DNA of 64,000 nucleotides from Dehalococcoidia bacterium (GTDB lineage Bacteria > Chloroflexota > Dehalococcoidia > Lucifugimonadales > QGNO01): contig OZ220698.1 of assembly GCA_965116555.1 (NCBI GenBank), positions 1,778,160 through 1,842,159 of the forward strand, in the 5' to 3' direction. How positions within the stretch are numbered: the first letter of the stretch is position 1; the number at the start of each line of letters is the position of its first letter. Shown piece after piece: positions 38,032-47,778 of the stretch. The notes under the pieces are model-generated. The model ran no database searches. It was not told the DNA's origin and worked only from the letters and a program-made list of their open reading frames with translations. The translations under genes were made by a program, and so were the position numbers.

Positions 38032-38451
38032 CTACCCGTCCCCCAGCAGCGCCTCCAGGCCCACCTTGGCAATCTTCTCGTCGTCTTCGGCAGAGGGCAG
38101 GCCGCCCACGCCTATCGCGCCCAGCACCACGCCGTCTTTTCGCGCCACCACTCCCCCGCGCGTCGTGATCAGCTGAGGGTCTCCTATCTCGGCCAGGGTC
38201 CTCCCCTGTGCCGCCAGCCGCTCGGCGAACGCGCCGGTGTCCGACCCCCTGATCGCCGACGTATACGCCTTCCTCATGGCGAACGTGGGACGGAAGCAGC
38301 GATCCATGCGGGCGTAGGCCAGCAGGTTCCCCATATCGTCTACTATCGCCATGTCCACCGGCGAACGACCCGGCTCGCTGTTGAACTCCGCTATCATCGC
38401 GTCGATCGCCTTCATGCAGCTATCCAGGCTCAGCATACTCTTTTCGTACAT
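38032..38451 (-). CDS. GlcG/HbpS family heme-binding protein
   Basis: AIVDD.GNL....RMD, AMRKAYTS, GGV......V.GAIGVGG. Confidence 0.88.
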   Translation of the reverse strand: MYEKSMLSLDSCMKAIDAMIAEFNSEPGRSPVDMAIVDDMGNLLAYARMDRCFRPTFAMRKAYTSAIRGSDTGAFAERLAAQGRTLAEIGDPQLITTRGGVVARKDGVVLGAIGVGGLPSAEDDEKIAKVGLEALLGDG

Positions 38452-38528
38452 ATACAGACCTCGTCTCAGAATCTACGGCGCAGGGATTGTACCGACAGAT
38501 GCGGCGAGCGGCAACCGCTATGGCGTGA

Positions 38529-38897
38529 CTAAGCTAGGCGGCTCCGCCCGTTGTTCTCCGGTGTCTGCGGCGTCGCCGAGAGACTTCCGCCCTTCAACTC
38601 CACAAGGACCTGGTAGTGCCTTATATCCGATACGTTGGTGATGCTGTGCCGGATTCCGCCGCCGACCTCAGTATACTGAACATACCCCTCTTCGAACTCG
38701 CTTACCCGCTCTTCCTCTCCTTGCCTTTTGCTGCTGATCCGGCTCGGCGTTGTGTAGACAAATACGTAGTCGTTGTCGTGCTGGTGGTACGGCGAAGTTT
38801 CGCCGGGCTCCAGCGCCATGCCCCATACCTTGACCCTGTCGTTCTCAAACAGCAGTTCCGTCCCTACTTCTCTGGAAATCTCCTCGCTATTGCCCAT
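38529..38897 (-). CDS. Small cupin-fold protein
   Basis: ELLFENDRVKVW...LEPGE..PYH.H..DY, HSI.N; GGGAGG SD before ATG 38897. Confidence 0.8.
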   Translation of the reverse strand: MGNSEEISREVGTELLFENDRVKVWGMALEPGETSPYHQHDNDYVFVYTTPSRISSKRQGEEERVSEFEEGYVQYTEVGGGIRHSITNVSDIRHYQVLVELKGGSLSATPQTPENNGRSRLA

Positions 38898-39030
38898 GGC
38901 ATTCGCCTCCCTGTGCTTTTGCATCGGATTATACCCTCTCCAGACAGCTCCGCGACCTAAATCGCTGGCAAGGACGTTGTGCAGTCCCAATATCGTGATA
39001 GTATTGCGCCATCAACAAGTGGAGGCAATC

Positions 39031-40692
39031 ATGGCAGACCTTTCCAGAGACGTCATTCGCTCCATTCTCAACATCCAGGGCTTCGACCCGCCCGAACCTG
39101 AATTCACCGAGGTCTTCTACCGCATCAACGCTCTCATAGAGGGACTCGTACAGCTTGACCAGCTCGATGTCTACCATACCGAGCCTTGGCCTGTCCTTCC
39201 CTTCCGCGGCGTGCCTCAGCGTTCTACGGGGGCCGCTGTTTCCGCGCCGGGAAACGTGACGCCTCATACTGACGATGTCCACTTCATGACCATCCGAGAG
39301 CAGGCCAGCCTCATAGAGTCAAAGAAGCTCTCGCCGGTGGAGCTAACTCGCACCTACTTGGAGCGCATCGAAAGGTACGACCCTTATCTATACGCCTTCA
39401 ACCTGGTGCTAGCGGATGACGCCATGGCCGAGGCAAAGCAGGCGGAACAGGAGATCGCCGCCGGAAACTACCGAGGCCCCATGCACGGCATCCCGGTTGG
39501 CGTCAAGGACCAGTTCGATATCAAGGGCCACTTGAACACGGGCGGCTGTGACGCCTACGACGACAACATCGCCGGGGAGGACTGCACCATCATCGCCCGC
39601 TTCCGCGAGGCCGGAGCGGTCATCATGGGCACGCTTGCCACTCACGAGTTCCACATGGGAGGAACGCTGGAGTTCTTCAACAAAGAGACTCCGCGCAACC
39701 CCTGGCGGATAGACCTCACCCCTGCGGGTTCGTCGGCGGGCTCCGGGTCTTCCGTAGCCGCCGGGCTTCTCAGCGGCTCGATGGGCGGCGACACCGGCGG
39801 TTCCATCCGCGGGCCGGGATCGGTGAACGGCATCGCCGGGCTGCGACCCAGCTGGAGCAGGCTCAGCCGCCAGGGCATCTTCACCCTGTCCTGGGAGCTG
39901 GACACCGCCGGCCCCCTGGCGCGGAGCGCCGAGGACACGGCGATCATGCTCCAAGCCATCGCCGGATACGATCCGAAGGACCCCACCACGAGCCGCGAGC
40001 CCGTGCCAGACTACGCCTCGCACCTAACCGGCGACGTCAAGGGGCTGCGGGTCGGCATAGTCCAGCAGATGATGGGCGACCAGGTGGAACCGGAGACCAG
40101 GGAGATCGTGTCCCAGGCCATAGACGTCCTCAAAGGGCTCGGCGCGGTGGTGGAACCGGTGGATATCCCCCTCATGGAGAAGATGTACGGCGTACACACC
40201 GCCATCTGCGACGGCCAGGCGGCCAGCTACCATCGCGGCCACCTCAGGGAACGGTACATGGACTACGACTACAACACGCGAGTCCGACTGCTGGTCGGCT
40301 GCCTCATACCCGCCGGTTTGCAGACGCTGGCTCCCAGGGCGCGGGCGCTCATGGGCCAGACCATGCTTGACGTCTTCGACAAATACGACGTCCTAGTCGG
40401 GTCTACCGGCCAGGGCCCAGCGGGTCCAATCGTTACGGAGTCGCCCGTGAAGAGCCGCGAGGACGCCCGAACCGCGGTCATGTCCCGCGGCGGCGGGACG
40501 GGATCGTTCAGCATGGCCGGCGCTGCCGCCATCTCCATTCCGGCAGGCTTCACCAAGTCCGGTCTGCCCGTGGGCTGGCACCTTGGCACGCGCCCCCTGG
40601 ACGAACATACCCTGTTCCGCGTTTGCCACGCCTACCAGCAGGCAACCGACCATCATCAGAAGCACCCGCCCATGGACTGGGCCGGTTCTTAG
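39031..40692 (+). CDS. Amidase signature family protein with N-terminal extension
   Basis: GGAGG SD; Lys in GVKD, AGSSAGS, GGDTGGSIRGP catalytic triad motifs. Confidence 0.9.
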   Translation: MADLSRDVIRSILNIQGFDPPEPEFTEVFYRINALIEGLVQLDQLDVYHTEPWPVLPFRGVPQRSTGAAVSAPGNVTPHTDDVHFMTIREQASLIESKKLSPVELTRTYLERIERYDPYLYAFNLVLADDAMAEAKQAEQEIAAGNYRGPMHGIPVGVKDQFDIKGHLNTGGCDAYDDNIAGEDCTIIARFREAGAVIMGTLATHEFHMGGTLEFFNKETPRNPWRIDLTPAGSSAGSGSSVAAGLLSGSMGGDTGGSIRGPGSVNGIAGLRPSWSRLSRQGIFTLSWELDTAGPLARSAEDTAIMLQAIAGYDPKDPTTSREPVPDYASHLTGDVKGLRVGIVQQMMGDQVEPETREIVSQAIDVLKGLGAVVEPVDIPLMEKMYGVHTAICDGQAASYHRGHLRERYMDYDYNTRVRLLVGCLIPAGLQTLAPRARALMGQTMLDVFDKYDVLVGSTGQGPAGPIVTESPVKSREDARTAVMSRGGGTGSFSMAGAAAISIPAGFTKSGLPVGWHLGTRPLDEHTLFRVCHAYQQATDHHQKHPPMDWAGS

Positions 40693-40944
40693 CCAGACTT
40701 GCGCAGTAGACAGGAATTAGCTCGTATGCCACACCCGATGGGTCGGGTATTTTAGTTCTGCACTCCCCTACGAGTTTGCGCCCTGGTCTGGCGGTTTCCG
40801 TCGTTTCCGACTATAATGCATGTGCACGTCTGAATAACGCAAAGGTTTAACACAAGAACGGACCGCGCTCCTTTGCTCCTCCTCTTCTTGTCTTCCCCTG
40901 CTGATTCATCTGTTGCCACTATAAAATAGGGAGTCCGTTCTCGT

Positions 40945-42318
40945 ATGACTTATCGTTTTTCGCCTGCGCACACGCGCCCAACCAGCCGCACCCGGCACCA
41001 AGCCGTTTGCGCCGACTGCGGCAAATCCACAACCCTCCCCTTCCGCCCAAGCCGGAACAAGCCGGCGTATTGCCGCCCATGTTTCAATCTCCGCCGCCAT
41101 GGACCGTCTCCTATGGCCAGTACAAACGGAGACAAGTCGTCTACTGCAAGCCAGCCAGCCGTTGACAGCGCCCCGTCCAGTGTTTCCGTGTTTTCCGGAA
41201 TGCCTTTGAAGGCCGCTACCAAAGCTGCGATTTCCCGGATGAACATATCCAGGCCCACACCCATTCAAGAGAAGGCTATACCCCATCTCATGGAGGGACG
41301 AGACTTGATTGGCCAAGCGCGTACGGGGTCCGGAAAGACGCTGACCTACGCAGCGCCTCTGGTAGAGCGGTGCGACCCGTCGCTCCAAAAGGTCCAGGCG
41401 CTTGTGCTGCTACCCACCCGTGAACTGGCCATACAGGTGGCCGGAGTAGTGGGAGCTCTGGCTTCTGCGCAACAGATGCGCGTGACGCTACTGTACGGCG
41501 GCCGGTCTCTGCAACGGGAGTACGCAGCGTTGCGCAACGGAACCCATATAGTAGTTGGCACTCCGGGCCGAACGTTGGACCATATACGGCAAGGGACGCT
41601 TGACCTCAGCTCACTGCAAGTTCTTGTGCTGGACGAAGCGGACGAAATGCTGGATAGGGGGTTTGCTCCGGATGTTGAATCCATCATAGGCCGGACACCC
41701 AGCGAGCGGCAGACGGTCCTCCTGTCCGCGACTATGCCCGAGTGGGTGGCCCGAACCGCCGCGAAGCACCTGCGCAGGCCTGCTAGAGTGGAAGTGGACG
41801 CGGGTCTGCAAGCGCCACCCACGGTGGAGCACCTGGTCTATAGTATTCAGAAGAATGACAAGATGGACGCCCTGCTAACGCTGCTGGACGAGCAGGATGG
41901 TTCGCCGGTTATTGTCTTTCTCAAGACCAAGCGCAGCGTTAAACAGATGGCAAAACGGCTCGATTCGTTGGACTACCCGGTAGGAGCGCTTCAAGGAAAT
42001 CTAAGCCAAAACGCGCGTGAGCGGGTGATGGCGAACTTCCGCTCCGGCGCCGCGTCAATCTTGGTGGCAACGAATGTAGCCGCCAGAGGCTTGGACTTCG
42101 AGGATATCGGCCAGGTTATCAACTATGACCTACCGGACTCGGAGCAGCTATTCACCCACCGCGTCGGCAGGACCGGCCGCATGGGCCGTTCCGGCGAGGC
42201 GGTAACGTTCATTACGGTAGAGGACGAGCGGAAGTGGCGCGAGATCGAGCGAGGCCTCGGCCACCGGCTCATCAGGAAGTCTTGGCGGCCGGTTCGCGGG
42301 GCAAAGACGCTTCGATAG
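40945..42318 (+). CDS. DEAD-box RNA helicase with N-terminal CxxC-x17-CxxC domain
   Basis: CADC-17 aa-CRPC; Q motif PTPIQ, ARTGSGKT, PTRELA, GTPGR, DEAD, SAT, ARGLD, HRVGRTGR. Confidence 0.93.
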   Translation: MTYRFSPAHTRPTSRTRHQAVCADCGKSTTLPFRPSRNKPAYCRPCFNLRRHGPSPMASTNGDKSSTASQPAVDSAPSSVSVFSGMPLKAATKAAISRMNISRPTPIQEKAIPHLMEGRDLIGQARTGSGKTLTYAAPLVERCDPSLQKVQALVLLPTRELAIQVAGVVGALASAQQMRVTLLYGGRSLQREYAALRNGTHIVVGTPGRTLDHIRQGTLDLSSLQVLVLDEADEMLDRGFAPDVESIIGRTPSERQTVLLSATMPEWVARTAAKHLRRPARVEVDAGLQAPPTVEHLVYSIQKNDKMDALLTLLDEQDGSPVIVFLKTKRSVKQMAKRLDSLDYPVGALQGNLSQNARERVMANFRSGAASILVATNVAARGLDFEDIGQVINYDLPDSEQLFTHRVGRTGRMGRSGEAVTFITVEDERKWREIERGLGHRLIRKSWRPVRGAKTLR

Positions 42319-42542
42319 CACTTGATAGCTCCGTTGGGGAGCCCCTAAGTATCCACAGAAAATAGAACATCTGCTGGTTACGCATTCCTTCGTTCTAAAG
42401 CGGCTACTGTTACGTATTCCTTCGCTGCATAACGACTGTAGACTGCCAAAATGGCAAGCAATTCGATATTGACAAACCTGTACAAAGGGGTAACATTGCT
42501 AGATACCGGGAACATATTTTCGGGTTTAGAGGGGTGTGCACT

Positions 42543-44357
42543 ATGAAATACAGTTCCAGTATTCGATATTTTCTTGGAGTAGGTCTAGCCATGGCCTTGC
42601 TGTTTGTTCTTGCCTGCGGGCCTTCGGAAGAAGACACGCCGACTCCGGTGCCGCCGACTCCAACTATACAGCCTCCACCGCCACTGGTCACGGCGACGCC
42701 CACGCCTGCCGCTGTGGACACGCCAACTCCTCCACCTGCTGATGACCAGCCCAAATATGGCGGCAGTGTAAACATTTCCGTGACGTCACAGGGTTCCTTC
42801 GACCCGTATCACCTTGACTCCCAGTTCCGCTGGACCACTCTGGGTTCCGTGGGCAATGTCTGGGGTCAGTTGCTGCGCGTCAACCCCACAGACCGGGTCA
42901 CAGTAGAAGGTGACTTGGTAGAGTCCTGGACAACCAGTGCCGACGGCACTGAGTGGGTGCTCAAACTCCGCGAAGGCGTTACCGACCACGGCGGCGAGCC
43001 GTTCACCGCGGAAGACGCCTTCTGGCAGATCATCCGCATAGTGGAGCGGCCCAACGGAGTCCATGGCAACTACCAGGGCTGCATGCGAACGTTCATCAAG
43101 CCCGTATGGGACGATATGGGTAGTCCTGTAGCCGACGGCGGCGCAGAGATCACCGGGCCCATGGAGCTGACCATAAGGTTGAAGGCCCCTAGAGGCGCCT
43201 TCGTTGCCTGCTTCACCTCCGGATTCCAGTCGGCTCAGCCCAGCAGAATCGTCAAACCTATCGATACCGCTGAGGGTGGCGAGTACCGGGACCTCACCTC
43301 AGAAGAGGTGGTTGGATACGGCCCGTTCATGTTCAAAGATTTCCAGCAGGACAGCTTTGTCACATGGGAGCGCAACGACAACTACTTCAGAGATGGCAGG
43401 CCCTACCTGGACGAAGTAACCATGCTGGTGATTCCTGACGCGGCGACGCGCACCGCCAGCTTCCGCGCCGGACGCATCGACATGTTCAGGATTTTCGAAA
43501 CGATGAGCAAGCGCGACGCCGATGCCCTGGTGGCTGAAGGTGACGCCGTATTCCCCATCGTTCTGGCTATGGGCTGGCGCGGCGCAGAGCTCAACGCCAA
43601 GAAGCCCCCGTTTGGGCCGCTGGATGACCCGGACGCTAAGTTGATACGCCAGGCGGTGCAGATGACGGTCGACCGTGGCGCGGTCAACGACCTGTCGAAA
43701 GACGGGATCGGCCACATCGCCCTTCCCTACTTCATAGGCTGGACCTGGATTCGGACTCCTGAGCAGTGGTTCGAGGCTCTGCCCGGTTTCGACCCTGACC
43801 CCATGGTCAAGGAAGAGCTGATTGCAGAGGCCCAGGGCATAATGGAAGGACTGGGCTATGGCCCCGACAACCGCATCAGCGTCAACTACATAGGCACCTC
43901 CTCCTCCAAGGCCGAAATGGAGGTCGTGGCTCAGCAGCTTGAGGATATCTACATAGACGTGGAAGTGGTTATAGTCGATGGGGCGACCAGGCAATCAAGG
44001 ATAGAAGCGGGCGACTTCAACATGGAGAATGAGAGCAAGGGCGCCAGCTTCCCCGATCCCGACGCCTTCAACGACATCATCTTCCACGACTTTGAAGACG
44101 GCGGCTTCAACTACACCGGCTGGTCCAGCCCCGAGTGGAATGCCCTGCACGAGCAACAGGTGCTGGCCGTCACCGAGGAGACCCGCGCTCCCTTCCTGCA
44201 GCAGATGGCGGACATCTTCTACGAAGACGCCGCGTACATAGGCCTGGTTCGCCCCGGCCTCCTTCAAGGCCACAGGGCAAACTGGAACGGATGGGTCAAG
44301 CCGGAACACCATGCATCCAACTTCACCCTTGAAAACGTATGGTTGTCAGACGCCTAG
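42543..44357 (+). CDS. ABC transporter substrate-binding lipoprotein, family 5 (peptide/nickel)
   Basis: Lipobox VLAC, Pro/Thr linker, DLVESW..S.DG..W..KLR.GV..H.G.PFTAED, GYGPF. Confidence 0.92.
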   Translation: MKYSSSIRYFLGVGLAMALLFVLACGPSEEDTPTPVPPTPTIQPPPPLVTATPTPAAVDTPTPPPADDQPKYGGSVNISVTSQGSFDPYHLDSQFRWTTLGSVGNVWGQLLRVNPTDRVTVEGDLVESWTTSADGTEWVLKLREGVTDHGGEPFTAEDAFWQIIRIVERPNGVHGNYQGCMRTFIKPVWDDMGSPVADGGAEITGPMELTIRLKAPRGAFVACFTSGFQSAQPSRIVKPIDTAEGGEYRDLTSEEVVGYGPFMFKDFQQDSFVTWERNDNYFRDGRPYLDEVTMLVIPDAATRTASFRAGRIDMFRIFETMSKRDADALVAEGDAVFPIVLAMGWRGAELNAKKPPFGPLDDPDAKLIRQAVQMTVDRGAVNDLSKDGIGHIALPYFIGWTWIRTPEQWFEALPGFDPDPMVKEELIAEAQGIMEGLGYGPDNRISVNYIGTSSSKAEMEVVAQQLEDIYIDVEVVIVDGATRQSRIEAGDFNMENESKGASFPDPDAFNDIIFHDFEDGGFNYTGWSSPEWNALHEQQVLAVTEETRAPFLQQMADIFYEDAAYIGLVRPGLLQGHRANWNGWVKPEHHASNFTLENVWLSDA

Positions 44358-44378
44358 TCTAAAGAACCCTCGCTAGAC

Positions 44379-44408
44379 AGTACGGGCGCTCTTGTGAGCG
44401 CCCGTACT
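44379..44408 (+). terminator. Strong hairpin between SBP and permease genes
   Basis: agtacgggcgctc-ttgt-gagcgcccgtact 13-bp perfect stem; may stabilise SBP mRNA or partially terminate. Confidence 0.6.
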
Positions 44409-44428
44409 CAATATAAAACACCGAGATT

Positions 44429-45388
44429 ATGCGTAAATACATTGCAAGAAGGTTGGTGCTGTTTGTCCCCACCTTGCTTGGGGTATCCATTGCCATATTC
44501 ACCCTTCTTCGCGTCATCCCTGGAGACGTAGCCGCTTTGATGCTGGGCGGGGCAGAGGGCGAAGGCTCCTACACGCAAGAAGACCTGGAACGCGTGCGTG
44601 AGCAGCTAGGCCTCAACGATCCCATATACGTGCAGTACGGCACCTGGATCTGGCAACTGGTCAGATTTGACCTGGGAGACTCCATTGCGCTTGGCAGGCC
44701 CATCGCCGGAGAGCTGAAAAGGCAGTTCCCCATCACGCTCCAGCTTGCCATATTCACGGCCATCGTAGTCTCGCTAATCGCAATACCCGTCGGCGTTCTG
44801 GCCGCAGTCAAGCAGGACACCTGGATCGACTACATCCTAAGGAGCATTGCGGTCGTGGGCCTAGCTGCGCCCAGTTTCTTTGTCGGCATGCTGATAATCC
44901 TTGGCCTATCGCTCTACTTCAGGTGGATTCCTCCCATTGCCTTTGTCAACCTATGGGATAATCCTACAGTCGCCTTCCAGCAACTGGTCTTCCCCGCAGC
45001 GGCGCTGGGCTTTGCCAGCCAGGGTCTATTGCTGCGCATGACCCGCACCCAGCTCCTTGAGGTACTGCGAGAGGACTTTGTGCGCACCGCCCGCGCCAAG
45101 GGGCTGGCGGAACGCGCCGTCATTATGAGACACGGCGTAAGAAATGCATTGCTGCCTGTCGTCACCATCGCAGGCGTGCAGATAGGCTTTCTCTTCTCTG
45201 GCACGGTTGTGATAGAAACCGTTTTCAACGTGCCGGGAATCGGCAGAGGACTGATCCAGGCTATGTTCATCAGGGACCTGCCCATGATTCAGGCCTATAT
45301 AATGTACTTTGCGCTGGTGGCGCTAACGGCAAACTTCCTTGTGGACTTGACCTATGCATGGCTTGATCCAAGAATACGGTACGGATAG
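44429..45388 (+). CDS. ABC peptide transporter permease (DppB/OppB-like)
   Basis: YIARRL, PSFF.G, EDFVRTARAKGL EAA loop, VIETVFNVPGIG, DPRIR. Confidence 0.95.
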   Translation: MRKYIARRLVLFVPTLLGVSIAIFTLLRVIPGDVAALMLGGAEGEGSYTQEDLERVREQLGLNDPIYVQYGTWIWQLVRFDLGDSIALGRPIAGELKRQFPITLQLAIFTAIVVSLIAIPVGVLAAVKQDTWIDYILRSIAVVGLAAPSFFVGMLIILGLSLYFRWIPPIAFVNLWDNPTVAFQQLVFPAAALGFASQGLLLRMTRTQLLEVLREDFVRTARAKGLAERAVIMRHGVRNALLPVVTIAGVQIGFLFSGTVVIETVFNVPGIGRGLIQAMFIRDLPMIQAYIMYFALVALTANFLVDLTYAWLDPRIRYG

Positions 45389-45391
45389 AAA

Positions 45392-46309
45392 ATGAGAGAA
45401 CGTACGGACTACATCAGTGATGCAGCCTTGGCTCCACCTCGTCTGGGCCAAGGCATGCTAGTGAAGCGGCTCAAAGGTCTGCAACACTTCGTCACCACTA
45501 AACGGCTCGGTGCTTTCGGCCTCTTCATAGTGCTGGCTACCGCCGTCATGGCTTTAGGAGCCCCCATATTCTCTACTACCGACCCCTGGGACGTTAACCG
45601 CAGGGCTATCCTCCTCGCGCCGGACGCTTCCAACTGGTTCGGTACCGACCGGCTGGGCAGGGACCTCTTCAGCCGCGTAGTCTACGGCTCGCGAATATCC
45701 ATTTACGTTGGCTTGGTATCAATGTTGTCCGCCGGCGCCATAGGATCGTTGATCGGCGTTACCAGCGCCTATTTTGGCGGCTACTTTGACCTGGTGGTAC
45801 AGCGTTTCATCGACGCTACCGCCGCTTTCCCCACGCTGCTTCTTGCCCTCGCGCTCATGGCTGCATTCGGCTCATCTTTGAACAACATCCTTCTTTCGCT
45901 GACCATAGTGTTTACGCCCAGGGTGGCGCGCGTAGTACGTTCCGTATCGCTGAGCATCAAGGAGATGCCCTACGTCGAATCGGCCAGGGCAATAGGCGCC
46001 TCCGACTTCAGAATCATGTTCCGCCACCTGCTGCCCAATACATTTGCGTCTTTGATCGTGGTCGCTACGTCTCTCATAGGCAGCGCCGTGCTCATAGAAG
46101 CGTCTCTCAGCTTCCTCGGAGTGGGCCTACCCGCCGACGTCATCTCCTGGGGCGCCATGCTGGCAGGCGACGTCCTCATTGACTTCGCCAGCGCACCCTG
46201 GGTGGGCATCTTCCCCGCCATGGCGCTCACCATTGCGGTGTTCGGCGTCAACGTCTTTGGAGACGCACTCAGAGACGTGCTCGACCCCAGGATGCGCGGC
46301 ACCCAGTAG
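45392..46309 (+). CDS. ABC peptide transporter permease (DppC/OppC-like)
   Basis: FGTDRLGRDLFSR..YG.R.S, YVESARAIGA, EASLSFLG, GDALRDVLDPR. Confidence 0.95.
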   Translation: MRERTDYISDAALAPPRLGQGMLVKRLKGLQHFVTTKRLGAFGLFIVLATAVMALGAPIFSTTDPWDVNRRAILLAPDASNWFGTDRLGRDLFSRVVYGSRISIYVGLVSMLSAGAIGSLIGVTSAYFGGYFDLVVQRFIDATAAFPTLLLALALMAAFGSSLNNILLSLTIVFTPRVARVVRSVSLSIKEMPYVESARAIGASDFRIMFRHLLPNTFASLIVVATSLIGSAVLIEASLSFLGVGLPADVISWGAMLAGDVLIDFASAPWVGIFPAMALTIAVFGVNVFGDALRDVLDPRMRGTQ

Positions 46310-46334
46310 CGCCGCAGCCAGGTAGACCCTGCTC

Positions 46335-47144
46335 ATGGGCCAGACCATATTCCAGGTAGACGCCTTCACCGATAAGCCGTTTGCGGGAAACCCCGCCGGC
46401 GTTTGCCTCCTGCCAGGACCGGCCGACGACGAGTGGATGCAGCACGTCGCCAGTGAGATGAATCTATCCGAGACCGCCTTCCTCTACCCTCACGGAGACA
46501 GCTTCAACTTGAGATGGTTCACTCCCACCGTGGAGGTGGACCTCTGCGGACACGCCACGCTGGCCAGCGCCCACGTCCTCTGGGAGACAGGCCGGCTGCA
46601 CCAAGACCAGCCCGCTTTGTTCGATACAAGAAGCGGCAGACTGAGCGCAACCCGCATCGGAGAGAGCATCGAGATGGCCTTCCCCGCTGAACCGGAGCAG
46701 CAGACGCCGGAGCCGCCCGGACTGGCCCAGGCCCTCGGATGTAGGCTGCGTTACGTAGGCAGGAACAGGATGGACTACCTGGTAGAGGTGGATTCGGAAG
46801 AGGCGCTGCGCGGCATCAGGCCGGACTTCACCCGTCTGGCGCAGATAGACAGCCGCGGCTTCATAGTGACCAGCCGCTCGGATTCCAACGCCTACGATTT
46901 CGTATCCCGCTTCTTCGCTCCCCGGGTCGGAGTCAATGAAGACCCGGTAACGGGGTCGTCGCACTGCTGTCTCGGCCCGTTCTGGGCAAGCCGACTCAAC
47001 AAAGCGGAGATGACCGCTTACCAAGCATCGGCCAGGGGCGGCGTTGTCGGCGTTAGAATCGGCGACGACAAAGTGTACATCAGCGGACAGGCAGTGACCG
47101 TCTTCCAGGCTGAGCTTCGAGGCCAAGCCCATGAGCCGCGATAG
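46335..47144 (+). CDS. PhzF family epimerase/isomerase
   Basis: QVDAFT..PFAGNPAGV, NLSETAF, EVDLCGHATLA, EDPVTGS. Confidence 0.95.
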   Translation: MGQTIFQVDAFTDKPFAGNPAGVCLLPGPADDEWMQHVASEMNLSETAFLYPHGDSFNLRWFTPTVEVDLCGHATLASAHVLWETGRLHQDQPALFDTRSGRLSATRIGESIEMAFPAEPEQQTPEPPGLAQALGCRLRYVGRNRMDYLVEVDSEEALRGIRPDFTRLAQIDSRGFIVTSRSDSNAYDFVSRFFAPRVGVNEDPVTGSSHCCLGPFWASRLNKAEMTAYQASARGGVVGVRIGDDKVYISGQAVTVFQAELRGQAHEPR

Positions 47145-47730
47145 AGCAGCCGTCGCACAGCCGGAGCAGGTCTACGCCGAAGACCGGCAGGCGTGGCGCG
47201 CCTGGCTGCAAGGGCACCACGACAAGGAAAAGAACGCTTGGCTCATCATCTACCACAAGAAGAGCAAGACGCCCAGCATCGCCTATAACGAAGCGGTGGA
47301 GGAAGCGCTGTGCTTCGGATGGATCGATAGCAAGCCCAACAAGAGGGACGACGAGAGCTACCTCCTGTTCTTCGCCAAGCGCAATCCCAAGAGCAATTGG
47401 AGCAGGCTGAACAGGGAACGAGCGGAGAGAATGCTGGAACAGGGGCGCATGACCCAAGCGGGCTTGGAGATGATAGAGACCGCCAAGCAAAACGGAACGT
47501 GGACAGCACTGGAGACGGTGCAGGATTCGGTCATCCCCCCGGACCTGGAGCAGGCGTTTCAAGGCAGCGAGGCCGCTTGGGAGAACTTCTCGGCGTTCCC
47601 GCCTTCTTCAAAGCGCATCATCCTGGAGTGGATACTGAACGCCAAGAGGCCGCAGACAAGGCAGAAGCGGATCGACGAAACCGTGGAGCTTGCCGCCCAG
47701 AACATAAAGGCCAACCACTACCGCCAGTAG
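47131..47730 (+). CDS. YdeI/OmpD-associated family protein
   Basis: AVEEALCFGWIDS, SNWSRLN, GRMT.AG, WILNAKRP.TR.KRI. Confidence 0.92.
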   Translation: MSRDRAAVAQPEQVYAEDRQAWRAWLQGHHDKEKNAWLIIYHKKSKTPSIAYNEAVEEALCFGWIDSKPNKRDDESYLLFFAKRNPKSNWSRLNRERAERMLEQGRMTQAGLEMIETAKQNGTWTALETVQDSVIPPDLEQAFQGSEAAWENFSAFPPSSKRIILEWILNAKRPQTRQKRIDETVELAAQNIKANHYRQ

Positions 47731-47778
47731 TTCAGTTTCGCGGCTGGCGCTGTTAGAGTCGCTACCGGCTCTTGGGGC

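Noticed and set aside
38773-39030. 639-aa version of the amidase
   Set aside because: The extension overlaps the divergent cupin gene; the SD-supported start is at 39031.
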